Below, piece after piece: positions 21,947 through 31,982 of a stretch of 64,000 nt of DNA. Origin of the DNA: an uncultured SAR324 cluster bacterium (lineage in GTDB: Bacteria > SAR324 > NAC60-12); the NCBI GenBank assembly GCA_902564345.1, contig CACFAY010000003.1, forward strand, positions 9,527 through 73,526, read 5' to 3'. How positions within the stretch are numbered: the first letter of the stretch is position 1; each line of letters opens with the position of its first letter. The translations under genes and the position numbers were made by a program. The notes beneath the pieces were generated by a model, which did no database searches, was not told the origin of the DNA, and worked only from the letters and a program-made list of their open reading frames with translations.

Positions 21947-22087
21947 TTTATTTCAAAGTTTTACTAAAGATTGATAGTTACTTTTTAAATTCTTATATCA
22001 AAAAGGGATACTCTGCATTTTTTATTTTAAGAAGTAATTTAGACGATAAATTTATACATAATTTAATTTTAATATAGAGATTATTTA

Positions 22088-22294
22088 ATGAATGAAGAAG
22101 TTTTAAACATACAGATAAGAAAATTTCTCAAGAAAGTAGGAATTCAGTCACAACGAGAAATTGAGCAGACTGTAAAAGATTGTTTAAAAAATGATTCTCT
22201 CTCAGGAATAGAGAATTTGAACGCTAAAATGCTCCTTGAAGTGCCAGAAATAGATCTTAAAGTTTCAATAGACGGAAAAATAGAGCTAGAGTAG
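22088..22294 (+). CDS. small conserved protein, DUF6494-like
   Basis: 68 aa. MNEEVLNIQIRKFLKKVGIQSQREIEQ...GKIELE resembles the DUF6494 pattern as I recall it. Function unknown. Confidence 0.5.
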   Translation: MNEEVLNIQIRKFLKKVGIQSQREIEQTVKDCLKNDSLSGIENLNAKMLLEVPEIDLKVSIDGKIELE

Positions 22295-22392
22295 AAATTT
22301 TTTATTAATTAATACTGAACTTTTTAGTTTTTTTTATTATACATTTTCTAAGATACAAATTTTAATATCTAACTCAAAAAAATCTTAAAGTA

Positions 22393-23319
22393 ATGTTTAA
22401 GTTTACTGATATTTCTGACAAAGAAGACGGGTTCGATCCCAAAGAACACCTGCTAACTCCTAAAAAGTTTTTTGAATTACGAAGGACAACGAAAAAAGTA
22501 TTTATCTTTGACTTAAGAAATGCTAAAGATTTTGAGGAATCTCATATTCCTGGAGCACATAACCTTGAATACGAACATTTTGAGGACTCCATTTATCAAA
22601 TGCCTTTTACAGGTGAAATAATGTTATATGGAGAAAACCAAACAGAGTCTTTTAAAGCTGCAGAGATTCTTTATGACAACGGCTTTGACACTTTTTATTT
22701 CACCGAATCATACGAAGGTTTATACAAAGGAGTTGATTCATCTTTTATAGATGTTAGTGATGAAGCAAAGAGTTTTATTATAGCCGAACTTAATTCCAAA
22801 GGAGGAGAAACAAAAGGAATTGAAATAGTAGTAGAGGCCAAAAGTGATCGTAAGGCAAATTTCAGTGTTGAGTTTGTTGATATTCTTAATTCCACTTCTG
22901 ATAATATTTCAATTGAATATGAAAATTTTCATATTTTTGTTTCTAAAAAAGGAATTCCATATATAGAAGGAACTGAAATCAAATTAAATGAAGATCAGGA
23001 GCTTATAGCATTTAATCCGAACCTGTCTATTACAAAACTTAGTGGTACGGTTGAAGAGCAGATTCAGCATGTACTAGAAGAGGAAGTTAATCCTATGGTT
23101 GCTTCACATGGTGGAGTTGTTAGCCTTCTTGAAGTAAAGGATAGTAATGCATATCTCGAGTTTGGAGGAGGTTGCCAGGGATGTGGAATGATCGATGTAA
23201 CATTGAAGCAAGGAGTTGAGGTCATGATAAAGGAACAAGTACCTGAAATAGAGGCAATTTATGATGTAACAGACCATGCTGAGGGAACAAACCCATATTA
23301 TCAACCTTCTATGAAATAA
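22393..23319 (+). CDS. nfuA: NfuA-type Fe-S carrier with an extra N-terminal rhodanese-homology domain that lacks the active-site Cys
   Basis: 308 aa. Residues ~20-112 are rhodanese-like (HIPGAHNL, then LYGENQTES where active rhodaneses have C-x-x-G-x-R). Residues ~118-210 form a degenerate A-type domain. The C-terminus HGGVVSLLEV...FGGGCQGCGMIDVTLKQGVE...DVTDH matches the NfuA Nfu domain with CxxC (codons at 23173..23184). Confidence 0.75.
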   Translation: MFKFTDISDKEDGFDPKEHLLTPKKFFELRRTTKKVFIFDLRNAKDFEESHIPGAHNLEYEHFEDSIYQMPFTGEIMLYGENQTESFKAAEILYDNGFDTFYFTESYEGLYKGVDSSFIDVSDEAKSFIIAELNSKGGETKGIEIVVEAKSDRKANFSVEFVDILNSTSDNISIEYENFHIFVSKKGIPYIEGTEIKLNEDQELIAFNPNLSITKLSGTVEEQIQHVLEEEVNPMVASHGGVVSLLEVKDSNAYLEFGGGCQGCGMIDVTLKQGVEVMIKEQVPEIEAIYDVTDHAEGTNPYYQPSMK

Positions 23320-23402
23320 TTTTTTGTTAAATTCTAAATAATTTTATATATTATTTAAGTTAACAAAAATGTCTTTCAATCATTACTAACACTTAATTAA
23401 AC

Positions 23403-24023
23403 GTGTGGGGGGTAATTCTGAAGAAACTACACCGTCATGATATGTTTGGCTGGTCTGTATTTAACGAAGATAGAAATATAGATTTCCATGGGACTTTGTT
23501 GGTAAATCCGTCAGGAAACGTTCTGATTGACCCCCTGATATTAAATGAACATGATGAAAATCATTTGGACAGCCTTGGTGGCGCTGCACATTTGATAATA
23601 ACAAACTCTGACCATGTTAGAGATGCTGCAAGAATATTATTGTTTACTGGAGCAAAAAGCTGGGGACCATTTGAAGAAAAAGAAAAGTTCCCATTCGACT
23701 GTGATGATTGGCTTAAAGACGGAGATAAACCATTAAATAATATTGAAATATTCTGTATGGAAGGTTCTAAAACACCAGGTGAATTAGCTATTTTAATTGA
23801 TGAAAATACGCTTGTTACTGGTGACATAATTAGAGCTCATGAAGGAGGAAAACTATGCATGCTTCCTGAGGAAAAGCTTCAAGACAAAGAACTTGCGATT
23901 AATTCAATAAAAAGAATTGCTGATGTTAAAAGCATAGAAGCCGTAATACCTGGAGACGGGTGGCCAATCTTTAAAAATGGTCATGAGGCTCTTAGAGAGC
24001 TAGCTGAAAATCTACAGTATTAA
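23403..24023 (+). CDS. MBL-fold protein with a degenerate metal motif
   Basis: 206 aa. A beta-lactamase-fold pattern, with IITNSDHVRDA in place of HxHxDH. The start (GTG 23403 or ATG 23442) is uncertain. Confidence 0.55.
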   Translation: MWGVILKKLHRHDMFGWSVFNEDRNIDFHGTLLVNPSGNVLIDPLILNEHDENHLDSLGGAAHLIITNSDHVRDAARILLFTGAKSWGPFEEKEKFPFDCDDWLKDGDKPLNNIEIFCMEGSKTPGELAILIDENTLVTGDIIRAHEGGKLCMLPEEKLQDKELAINSIKRIADVKSIEAVIPGDGWPIFKNGHEALRELAENLQY

Positions 24024-24087
24024 TCCAAAAAAATATTCTTAAAAATCATATTGGTCATAATCACTTGAAAGTAATGCTTTTTGATAA

Positions 24088-25341
24088 TCATTTTGATAAA
24101 TCATTTTCCAAGACTACTTCTATTTTCGACCAGGCATTTTTTAACGCTTTTGTTACAAATTCCTGATCATTGCCCTCAGCAAATATAAATCCCAGATAAC
24201 GGTCTCCTTTTGGGAGTGGTTCAAGCTTTTCTCCAGGTTTGACGGTAATTTGAAGATCAGTTACTCCCTTAACAACTAAAGCATCTGTAACGCCCCTAAT
24301 CTCCTTCATTATGCCTTTTTTTTCAGTAGGCATCATCATTACTCCCCTTGCATTGCCAATCAATTTAGATTTTTCAATATTACGACCCAAGTAAGAACGC
24401 AATATCAATTCTTCCAAGCTAATTCCTCCTTGAAATTCAAGGACTTTTGAGCACAATCCACCTATACTCCTAGATGCACATTCTAAAATGTAGTTACCGT
24501 TTTTGTTAATCCTTGCTTCAGCATGTACAGGTCCTTTTAATATACCCAATGCCTTGACAACAATTTGTATTGTTTCAAACAATGAATACTGAATTTTTTT
24601 CGTCAAAACACTTGGGGTTACAATAATTTTTTCCTCAAAAGTTGGACCTTCAAGTAGTTCAGGTTTATCAAAAATAGCCAGAACCGTTAGTTTACCTTCA
24701 GAAACAATTCCTTCTATAGCAACTTCTTTTCCGGGAATATATTCCTCAAACAGAATATAATCAGATTGTTTTCCTGCACGCTTTCTTAATTCATCAAGTG
24801 AGAGCAGCTCATGTAAAGTTTTGATGCCATCGAACAACTCCCTTTTTTTATTTAACCTAATCACTCCTCTGCTTCCAGATAGGAACGTTGGCTTAATTAC
24901 ACAAGGGAAGCTTATTTCATCAATTATCTTGTTTGAAGATTCATGAATTGAAAATCTTTTAAACCACGGGGAACATACTCCTGCTTTTTTTAATTCATTA
25001 CGCATTAAATATTTGTTTTTGGTTAACAAAACAGACTCTATAGAATTATGCTCAACATGTAAAAAATTACTTAAGTTTGCAGCCAGAACAATAGATTCTT
25101 CATCAACACCAATTACTGCCTTAAGACCATTATTTTTTGCCCATTTACTGATTTCAGCTGACTTATCTTTCCAGTGATTAAAATTAATTTTAATCAGATA
25201 GTCAGGATATTTGTCACTGAATACTTGAGATTTATCACTTATCACTAGAACTTTAAGATCGAGTTTTCTAACTGCATTCATAAAAGAACCTGTTCTGTAG
25301 CTAGCAGACGGAATTATAAGAATGACTGCAGAATTTTTCAT
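24088..25341 (-). CDS. ATP-grasp ligase of unknown substrate
   Basis: About 417 aa. Pre-ATP-grasp N-domain, then PCVIKPTFLSGSRGVIRL, EEYIPGKEVAIEG and HAEARI, typical of L-amino-acid-ligase/carnosine-synthase-like ATP-grasp enzymes. ATG at 25341 is preferred to the GTG at 25350. Confidence 0.7.
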   Translation of the reverse strand: MKNSAVILIIPSASYRTGSFMNAVRKLDLKVLVISDKSQVFSDKYPDYLIKINFNHWKDKSAEISKWAKNNGLKAVIGVDEESIVLAANLSNFLHVEHNSIESVLLTKNKYLMRNELKKAGVCSPWFKRFSIHESSNKIIDEISFPCVIKPTFLSGSRGVIRLNKKRELFDGIKTLHELLSLDELRKRAGKQSDYILFEEYIPGKEVAIEGIVSEGKLTVLAIFDKPELLEGPTFEEKIIVTPSVLTKKIQYSLFETIQIVVKALGILKGPVHAEARINKNGNYILECASRSIGGLCSKVLEFQGGISLEELILRSYLGRNIEKSKLIGNARGVMMMPTEKKGIMKEIRGVTDALVVKGVTDLQITVKPGEKLEPLPKGDRYLGFIFAEGNDQEFVTKALKNAWSKIEVVLENDLSK

Positions 25342-25600
25342 TAGAAACACTCTCTTAGGTAATTTTTTTCGTTAAGTATAGTTTTTTTCATACCCTAACA
25401 AATATTGATTTTAAATGGTATTTTAAGGATTTTTTTACAGAGATAATCAAATTTTTTTTAAAATTCGTCTTTCTACAATACAATCAGGAAAAAATATTAC
25501 ACTTTAATACCATAAATAAATATACTTTTTAAATTCATTTTAGCCAATCTAGATTTTTAAAATAATGTGCTAAATTCTAATCATTATTAATTATAAATAA

Positions 25601-26143
25601 ATGGTTGAAAAAGAAGATATATTAAACTTCTGGTTCAAAGAATGTAATCCAGAGCAATGGTTCAAAAAGAATGATGTTTTTGATCAAATTATTGAAAATA
25701 CTTTTTCCAATACAATTGAAGATGCCATTAGAGGAAAAATGGACGATTGGAAAAACACTGAAACAGGATGCCTCGCTCTGATTATAATACTTGACCAGTT
25801 TACAAGAAATGTTTTTAGAAATACCCTACGTGCATTTGCTGGTGACAACAAGGCCTTAGTTTTGAGTCAAAAATGTTATGATAAACAATATCTTAAAAAC
25901 CCTGACATTCAAAGAAGGAAATTCATGCTGATGCCTATGATGCATAGCGAAAATATTACTGTTCAGGAAACTGCTTTACCATTATTTAAAAAATATACAT
26001 CTGAAAAAGATTATGAGTATGCTAAAAAACATCATGAAATCATAGCAAGGTTTGGACGTTTCCCTCATCGAAATGTTATTCTTAGAAGAAAATCTACAAC
26101 AGATGAAATAGTTTTCCTTAAGCAACCAGGATCTTCTTTCTGA
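25601..26143 (+). CDS. DUF924 family protein
   Basis: 180 aa. FWF...WF, LALIIILDQFTRNVFR, MPMMHSE and ARFGRFPHRN match the DUF924 signature blocks. Confidence 0.75.
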   Translation: MVEKEDILNFWFKECNPEQWFKKNDVFDQIIENTFSNTIEDAIRGKMDDWKNTETGCLALIIILDQFTRNVFRNTLRAFAGDNKALVLSQKCYDKQYLKNPDIQRRKFMLMPMMHSENITVQETALPLFKKYTSEKDYEYAKKHHEIIARFGRFPHRNVILRRKSTTDEIVFLKQPGSSF

Positions 26144-26183
26144 ATAGAATTAAATTTGGCATAACTTTGGTCTCTATTTATAA

Positions 26184-26633
<450 letters not shown>

Positions 26634-26700
26634 AAATTTGAATTTATTAGTATCTGAAAAATATTTAAGAAATACTCATTTGTCAAACTTATCTTTATTT

Positions 26701-27702
26701 TTATTTTTTTAAAAACTGATATTGAGTATGTTGCAAATAAATATCACCAGGATACAGGAAAGGACTGTTAAAATCTGACCGATTTGGACTGTTTGGCCAT
26801 AACTGTGGTTCTAAGGCTATACCTGCATAAGCGCCCAAAAATCTTTTATCTACCCCAGTAATTTGCACATCGAGTCCATGACCATCATATACCTGAATAC
26901 CTGGTTCTGTCGTGCTTATTTGCATACTAACAGTCTTTGATTTTAACCACGCAACAGGTCGAATTTCCTGAGGATTTAGACTCAGGCAATAATTGTGATC
27001 TAGTTTGGAAGATATGCCTGATTCATTTCTAATTCTTCTGAAGTATCTGAAGTCATGTTCACCTTTTTCTACAGATTGAGGGTAACCTTTTGGTATCATC
27101 CCTTCATCAACTTCAAGGAAAGTTGAAGCATTTATCTTTAATTCATGATCTAAGACCGTTTTTTCTCCGGAAAGATTGAAATAGCTGTGATGTGCTAGAT
27201 TTACAATTGTTTTTTTTTCTGTTTCTGCTCTGTAGACAATGTCCAATATACCTGAATCTAACAAAGAGAATGTAGCATTTATTTGGATAGGACCAGGATA
27301 GCCCATATGTCCGTCAGGATGTATTATTGAAAGTTTGAGTACATTTTTTGCTAACTCATCAACATTCCAGGCCCTTCTACCAACGCCTTCGGTTCCTCCG
27401 TGAAGATGATGCTTATTTTGATAATTGGTTTGAAGTTGGATTTCATTTTCATTAATTTTAAATCGCCCATTCTCTATTCTGTTAGCATAAGGACCAGCTG
27501 TAGCACCAAAATATCGAGAATGTTTCAAATAATCACATAATTTTTCAAGTCCGAGAACCAAAGATTTAGAACCATTTTCAAACTTGAGATCCTGTAGCAC
27601 TGCTCCCCAGTTAATGAAATTGGCAATTAGCCCTCCACCCTTAAGTGTAAATTTCTGAATAGATTCATTATTTTTAGTAATTCCAAAAATAACTTTTTTC
27701 AT
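26701..27702 (-). CDS. galM: aldose 1-epimerase (galactose mutarotase)
   Basis: 333 aa. GATAGPYANRI, HLHGG, NLAHHSYFNL and the C-terminal EPQ..PNS blocks are typical of the family. Confidence 0.85.
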   Translation of the reverse strand: MKKVIFGITKNNESIQKFTLKGGGLIANFINWGAVLQDLKFENGSKSLVLGLEKLCDYLKHSRYFGATAGPYANRIENGRFKINENEIQLQTNYQNKHHLHGGTEGVGRRAWNVDELAKNVLKLSIIHPDGHMGYPGPIQINATFSLLDSGILDIVYRAETEKKTIVNLAHHSYFNLSGEKTVLDHELKINASTFLEVDEGMIPKGYPQSVEKGEHDFRYFRRIRNESGISSKLDHNYCLSLNPQEIRPVAWLKSKTVSMQISTTEPGIQVYDGHGLDVQITGVDKRFLGAYAGIALEPQLWPNSPNRSDFNSPFLYPGDIYLQHTQYQFLKK

Positions 27703-27801
27703 GTTCTCTTTATTTAATAAACATGAATATTGCGAGTACCATTCATGAGAGACTAGATATTTCTATAACAACATTATATTAAATTAGTTATCTGAATTAA
27801 C

Positions 27802-28266
27802 TTAAAGTTTTCCTTCAGTAACATATCGTAAAATTTCTACAACTTTTTTTGAATCATCAGCAACTGCTAAGGCAACAGCATCAACTTCTTTAAGAGCATG
27901 TTGATGTTCATCAGAATGAATTACAATTATGGATTTGCCAAGCGCTGATGCATAGCCTGCATCAAATGCCGCATTCCACTGACGGTATTTTTCACCAAAC
28001 TTAATCACAACAATATCAGAATTTTGTATGGCTTTTCTTGTTATTATTGCATTAAGTTTCGCGCCTTTATGATCGTGCCAGAATTTTAATTCCTCTTTTC
28101 CCAAAATATTAGCGCCACAATCATCTGAATCCTTATGATTAGTGACAGGACCTGAAAAATTTATTTTTAATCCAAGATTTTTTGTTTTCTCATAGATTTC
28201 ATCTCTCCAGTTTGTATGGATTTCACCAGACAAATAAACATTCCAATTCAATTTTACCTCCAACAT
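27802..28266 (-). CDS. YtoQ family protein (nucleoside 2-deoxyribosyltransferase-like fold)
   Basis: 154 aa. VYLSGEIHTNWRDEI...FGEKYRQWNAAFDAGYA closely parallels B. subtilis YtoQ as recalled. Confidence 0.8.
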   Translation of the reverse strand: MLEVKLNWNVYLSGEIHTNWRDEIYEKTKNLGLKINFSGPVTNHKDSDDCGANILGKEELKFWHDHKGAKLNAIITRKAIQNSDIVVIKFGEKYRQWNAAFDAGYASALGKSIIVIHSDEHQHALKEVDAVALAVADDSKKVVEILRYVTEGKL

Positions 28267-28422
28267 TATATAGTTAATTTTTGATTTTTATCAAAAATGG
28301 ACTGAATTTAGTTAAATTGTATTATCATCACACACTAAATTCTCATCTTAATAGTCATCTTATATAACTCTAAAAATATTCACTATTTAATATAAAATCA
28401 TTTATTAATTATAAGGTGTTAA

Positions 28423-29364
28423 TCATCGTTCCCCTTTACGGTAAGGAATCATCAAGGCTTGAGGTATTGCAACACGCCTAGAGATAAGAATCAGCGCTAC
28501 TATGCTAAGGAGATACGGAAGCATCAAAAACACCTGATAAGGAATTGCAGAACCAATAACTTGCTGCAGTCTCATCTGATATGCGTCAAAAGCAGCAAAA
28601 AGCAGAGCTCCAAACAATGCTTTTCCGGGGTGCCATGAAGCGAATACTACAAGCGCAATACAGATCCATCCTCTTCCGTTAATCATGTTAAAAAAGAATG
28701 CATTGAAAGCAGACATGGTTAAGAAAGCTCCTGCAATCGCCATTAAGGCGCTTCCAAACATGACTGCACCTGTACGTATTCCAATAACACTCATCCCTTG
28801 AGCTTCGACAGCAGAAGGATTCTCACCGGTTGTCCTGACAGCAAGTCCGAGTGGAGTGCGATAGAGTAGGATTCCAACTATAATAACAAGAATAAAGGCT
28901 AGGTAAGTCAATGGACTCTGGTTGAAAAGCGCTTCTCCTATCCAAGGAATCTTGGAAAGTAATGGTATGGGGTAATTTGTAAAAGCCTCTATCCGGGGGG
29001 GCGATGTCACTTCAGGAAGAACCATCCTGTAGATGTAATATGTAATACTGGAAGCAAGTAACGTTATCCCGATGCCAGTAACATGCTGCGACAAACCAAG
29101 AGAAACTGTGAGCATTGAATGAAGAGCTCCCATAAGCGCACCCACTATTGCTGCTAAAATAACTCCGGTCCAAAGATCAGCTCCCATAAAAACAGACATC
29201 CAACCGGCCATGGCCCCCAAAGTCATTATTCCTTCTATGCCTAAGTTAAGTACACCTGCCCTTTCGCAAACCAATTCTCCCAAAGTTCCTAAAATCAACG
29301 GAGTTGCAATCCTGACTGCAGCAACCCAAAAACTCGTTGTCCACAAAATCTCAAACCAATCCAT
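28423..29364 (-). CDS. ABC importer permease (BMP/nucleoside-sugar type, second permease)
   Basis: 313 aa polytopic protein of the BPD_transp_2 type, immediately downstream of the first permease. Confidence 0.8.
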   Translation of the reverse strand: MDWFEILWTTSFWVAAVRIATPLILGTLGELVCERAGVLNLGIEGIMTLGAMAGWMSVFMGADLWTGVILAAIVGALMGALHSMLTVSLGLSQHVTGIGITLLASSITYYIYRMVLPEVTSPPRIEAFTNYPIPLLSKIPWIGEALFNQSPLTYLAFILVIIVGILLYRTPLGLAVRTTGENPSAVEAQGMSVIGIRTGAVMFGSALMAIAGAFLTMSAFNAFFFNMINGRGWICIALVVFASWHPGKALFGALLFAAFDAYQMRLQQVIGSAIPYQVFLMLPYLLSIVALILISRRVAIPQALMIPYRKGER

Positions 29365-29367
29365 ATC

Positions 29368-30417
29368 TTATTTCCAACGAATACGATATTTTACCTGAAG
29401 CATGGATACCAGCATACAAAGCAGAGAACTGGCAACCACCACGTCTGCTATATAGTTAGGAACCCCCACCGAGCGACTCATAGCATCTGCGCCTACAAAT
29501 ATACATGCCACGAAAAATGCGGAACCAACAACCCCAAGAGGATGAAGCTGGGCTAACATAGCAACTACAATCCCGGTGTAACCAAAACCTGGACTCAAAT
29601 CAAGTGTAAGATTGCCTTTCAATCCTGTGACTTCACTATAACCTGCCAAACCAGCTAAGCCTCCTGAAACAAACGCAGTTATTAGGAGAATTTTGCCTAC
29701 ACGCATTCCTGCGAATTGGGATGCATCACGGCTGAAACCAACAGCCTTCATTTCGTAACCTAGTGTAGTTCGTATCTGAAACTGCCAGATCACAATTGCA
29801 AGAATGATAGCGATGATAAGACCTGCATGGACCCTCAGCCCCTGAAATAGCCTAGGTAATTCAGCAGATTCCAAAACAGGTGCTCCTTGGGGCCATCCCA
29901 ACCCCATGGGGTCCTTCAAAGGTCCCTCCAGCAGAAGGCTAACTAACAAAAGCATGACAAAATTTAAAAGCAAGGTAGTAACGACCTCATCCACTTGGAA
30001 TTTAACCTTGATAAGAGAAGGAACAAAAAGCCAGAGCGATCCTGCAGTAAAACTTCCAATAAATAAAATTGTGGGTAGCAGAATTCCATGGATGTTCATG
30101 TCTCCAGTTCCTAAAAATGTTACCATAAGTGCGCCTGCATATAGCTGCCCCTCTGCTCCAATGTTCCAGAATCTTGCCCTGAAGGCGACTGCTGCAGCGA
30201 GTCCGGTAAAAATCAGAGGTGTTGCCCGGGAAAGAGTTTCAGCAAGAGCAAAAGCTGAGCCGATTGAACCTGTCAGCATCATCCAATATGCTTCTAATAC
30301 AGAGGCGCCACTCCAAATAATCAGACCTGAGCAAAGCAGCAGACTTGTAATAACTGCAACAATAGGTGCAAAAATAAAGCGAGAAAGAGAAACTTCTGTT
30401 CTAGGCTCAAGACGCAT
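29368..30417 (-). CDS. ABC importer permease (BMP/nucleoside-sugar type, first permease)
   Basis: 349 aa polytopic protein of the BPD_transp_2 type. Overlaps the ATPase gene end by 11 nt. Confidence 0.8.
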   Translation of the reverse strand: MRLEPRTEVSLSRFIFAPIVAVITSLLLCSGLIIWSGASVLEAYWMMLTGSIGSAFALAETLSRATPLIFTGLAAAVAFRARFWNIGAEGQLYAGALMVTFLGTGDMNIHGILLPTILFIGSFTAGSLWLFVPSLIKVKFQVDEVVTTLLLNFVMLLLVSLLLEGPLKDPMGLGWPQGAPVLESAELPRLFQGLRVHAGLIIAIILAIVIWQFQIRTTLGYEMKAVGFSRDASQFAGMRVGKILLITAFVSGGLAGLAGYSEVTGLKGNLTLDLSPGFGYTGIVVAMLAQLHPLGVVGSAFFVACIFVGADAMSRSVGVPNYIADVVVASSLLCMLVSMLQVKYRIRWK

Positions 30418-31978
30418 TAACTTGCCTTCCTGCCATGAGCAAACCTAGATTTGTCATTGAAAGCTCATCTGCCTTACCTGCTTCAATTATTTTACCCCTG
30501 TGTATGACAAGAATCCGATCAGAGATCATGAGTAACTCTTCTAAGTCTTCAGATATAAGCAGAATTCCACAACCCTGCATTTTAGCATCTAAAAGGCGTT
30601 CATATACAAATGATGCTGCTCCTATATCTAGACCTCGAGCAGGTTGATGGGCGAGAATTAGTTTTGGTTCTTGCAGTAGCACACGGCCCAAGATAAGTTT
30701 TTGCATGTTTCCTCCAGAAAGTAATCTTACTGGAGAATTTTTCTTTACTCCCCTTATGTCAAATTCATGTGCAATCTTTTTAGCAAAATTATTTCGGGTT
30801 TTCAGGTTAAGAAATCCGAGTTTACTGTAATCCTTGTTTTTATACACTTCTGTAATTGCATTCTCCTCCAAGTTCATGTCTCCAACAACGCCAAAACCTT
30901 GACGATCCTCCGGAATTCTACCGACTTTTTTCACGAGCATCTCTCTCGGATTAAAACGTTTAATTTTTTTCCCATAAAGAAAAACCGTTCCAGAGTTTGG
31001 GGATTGCATTCCATTAATGACATCTGCCAAAATACGTTGTCCATTACCAGATATACCAGCAAGACCAACCACTTCTCTGGAATTAACTGATAAACTGGCT
31101 CGATCCAAAACACGCCCCCTGTCTGGTGATAACACAGATACATTTTCTAAGGCCAGCAAGCTTTCACCAGCAGGTAAGTCTTTCCTTATTGGCATTTTGA
31201 AGGATCTACCTACCATAGCTTTAGCAAGCATTTTTTCTGATGTTTCTGAAACATTCTCTTCCAATACTAGTTTACCGTCTCTTAGTACTGCAATACGGTC
31301 GCTGACTTCCAGCACTTCTGCAAGTTTGTGAGAGATGAAAATGATAGATAGACCATCATTAAGTAACTGCCTCAAAGTTTTGAAGAGGGTTCTTGATTCT
31401 TGGGGAGTAAGCACTGCGGTTGGTTCATCTAAAATGAGAATTTTTGCATTTCTGTAAAGAGCTTTGAGAATTTCCACTCTCTGTCTTTCTCCCATAGAAA
31501 TCTCAGCAACACGAAAATTAGGATCAATTTCCAACCCAAATCGTGAGCCCAGATCCATAATTTTATCAGCGGCTTCTTTGCGTTGAAGCCTAAAATTCCA
31601 AATTGGCTGGGTACCAAGAATAATATTGTCAAGGACACTTAGATTGTCTGCAAGAGTGAAATGCTGGTGAACCATGCCCAGTCCTGCATCAATGGATGCC
31701 TTGGGCGAGCCTTTTGGTAAAAATTTACCGTTAACTAGGATTTCTCCTGAATCTGCGACGTAATGACCAAACAGGATGTTCATCAAGGTAGTTTTTCCTG
31801 CTCCATTTTCACCAAGCAGAGCCAGAACCTCCCCTCTATTCAAAGTAAGAGAAATATTTTGATTTGCATGTAGATTCCCGAAATGTTTGTTGATGTTCTT
31901 TAGGGAAAGGGCTTCGGGAACCACAGGAATATAAATTTTTGGTAGGGAGCATGGGGTCCCAGCATCCCAGAACCCCAT
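30407..31978 (-). CDS. ABC importer ATPase with duplicated NBDs (sugar/nucleoside type)
   Basis: 523 aa. Walker A GENGAGKTT, signature MGERQRVEILKAL, and a second degenerate NBD with LSGGNMQK. Confidence 0.85.
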   Translation of the reverse strand: MGFWDAGTPCSLPKIYIPVVPEALSLKNINKHFGNLHANQNISLTLNRGEVLALLGENGAGKTTLMNILFGHYVADSGEILVNGKFLPKGSPKASIDAGLGMVHQHFTLADNLSVLDNIILGTQPIWNFRLQRKEAADKIMDLGSRFGLEIDPNFRVAEISMGERQRVEILKALYRNAKILILDEPTAVLTPQESRTLFKTLRQLLNDGLSIIFISHKLAEVLEVSDRIAVLRDGKLVLEENVSETSEKMLAKAMVGRSFKMPIRKDLPAGESLLALENVSVLSPDRGRVLDRASLSVNSREVVGLAGISGNGQRILADVINGMQSPNSGTVFLYGKKIKRFNPREMLVKKVGRIPEDRQGFGVVGDMNLEENAITEVYKNKDYSKLGFLNLKTRNNFAKKIAHEFDIRGVKKNSPVRLLSGGNMQKLILGRVLLQEPKLILAHQPARGLDIGAASFVYERLLDAKMQGCGILLISEDLEELLMISDRILVIHRGKIIEAGKADELSMTNLGLLMAGRQVNAS

Positions 31979-31982
31979 TTAA

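Noticed and set aside
22429-22440. GGGTTCGATCCC, a tRNA T-arm-like sequence.
   Set aside because: It lies inside the rhodanese-NfuA coding frame (encodes GFDPK). The flanks do not form acceptor or anticodon stems.
29906-30448. A 180-aa plus-strand ORF. Many similar track entries exist, for example 145..441, 2639..2887, 6716..7099, 8434..8736, 8825..9136, 13639..14034, 17558..17989, 41442..41771, 49258..49548 and 56767..57015.
   Set aside because: All lie antisense or out of frame inside long ORFs with clear family matches. Their translations are low-complexity (Ser/Pro/Arg/Lys/Ile-rich) with no motifs, so they are shadow ORFs.
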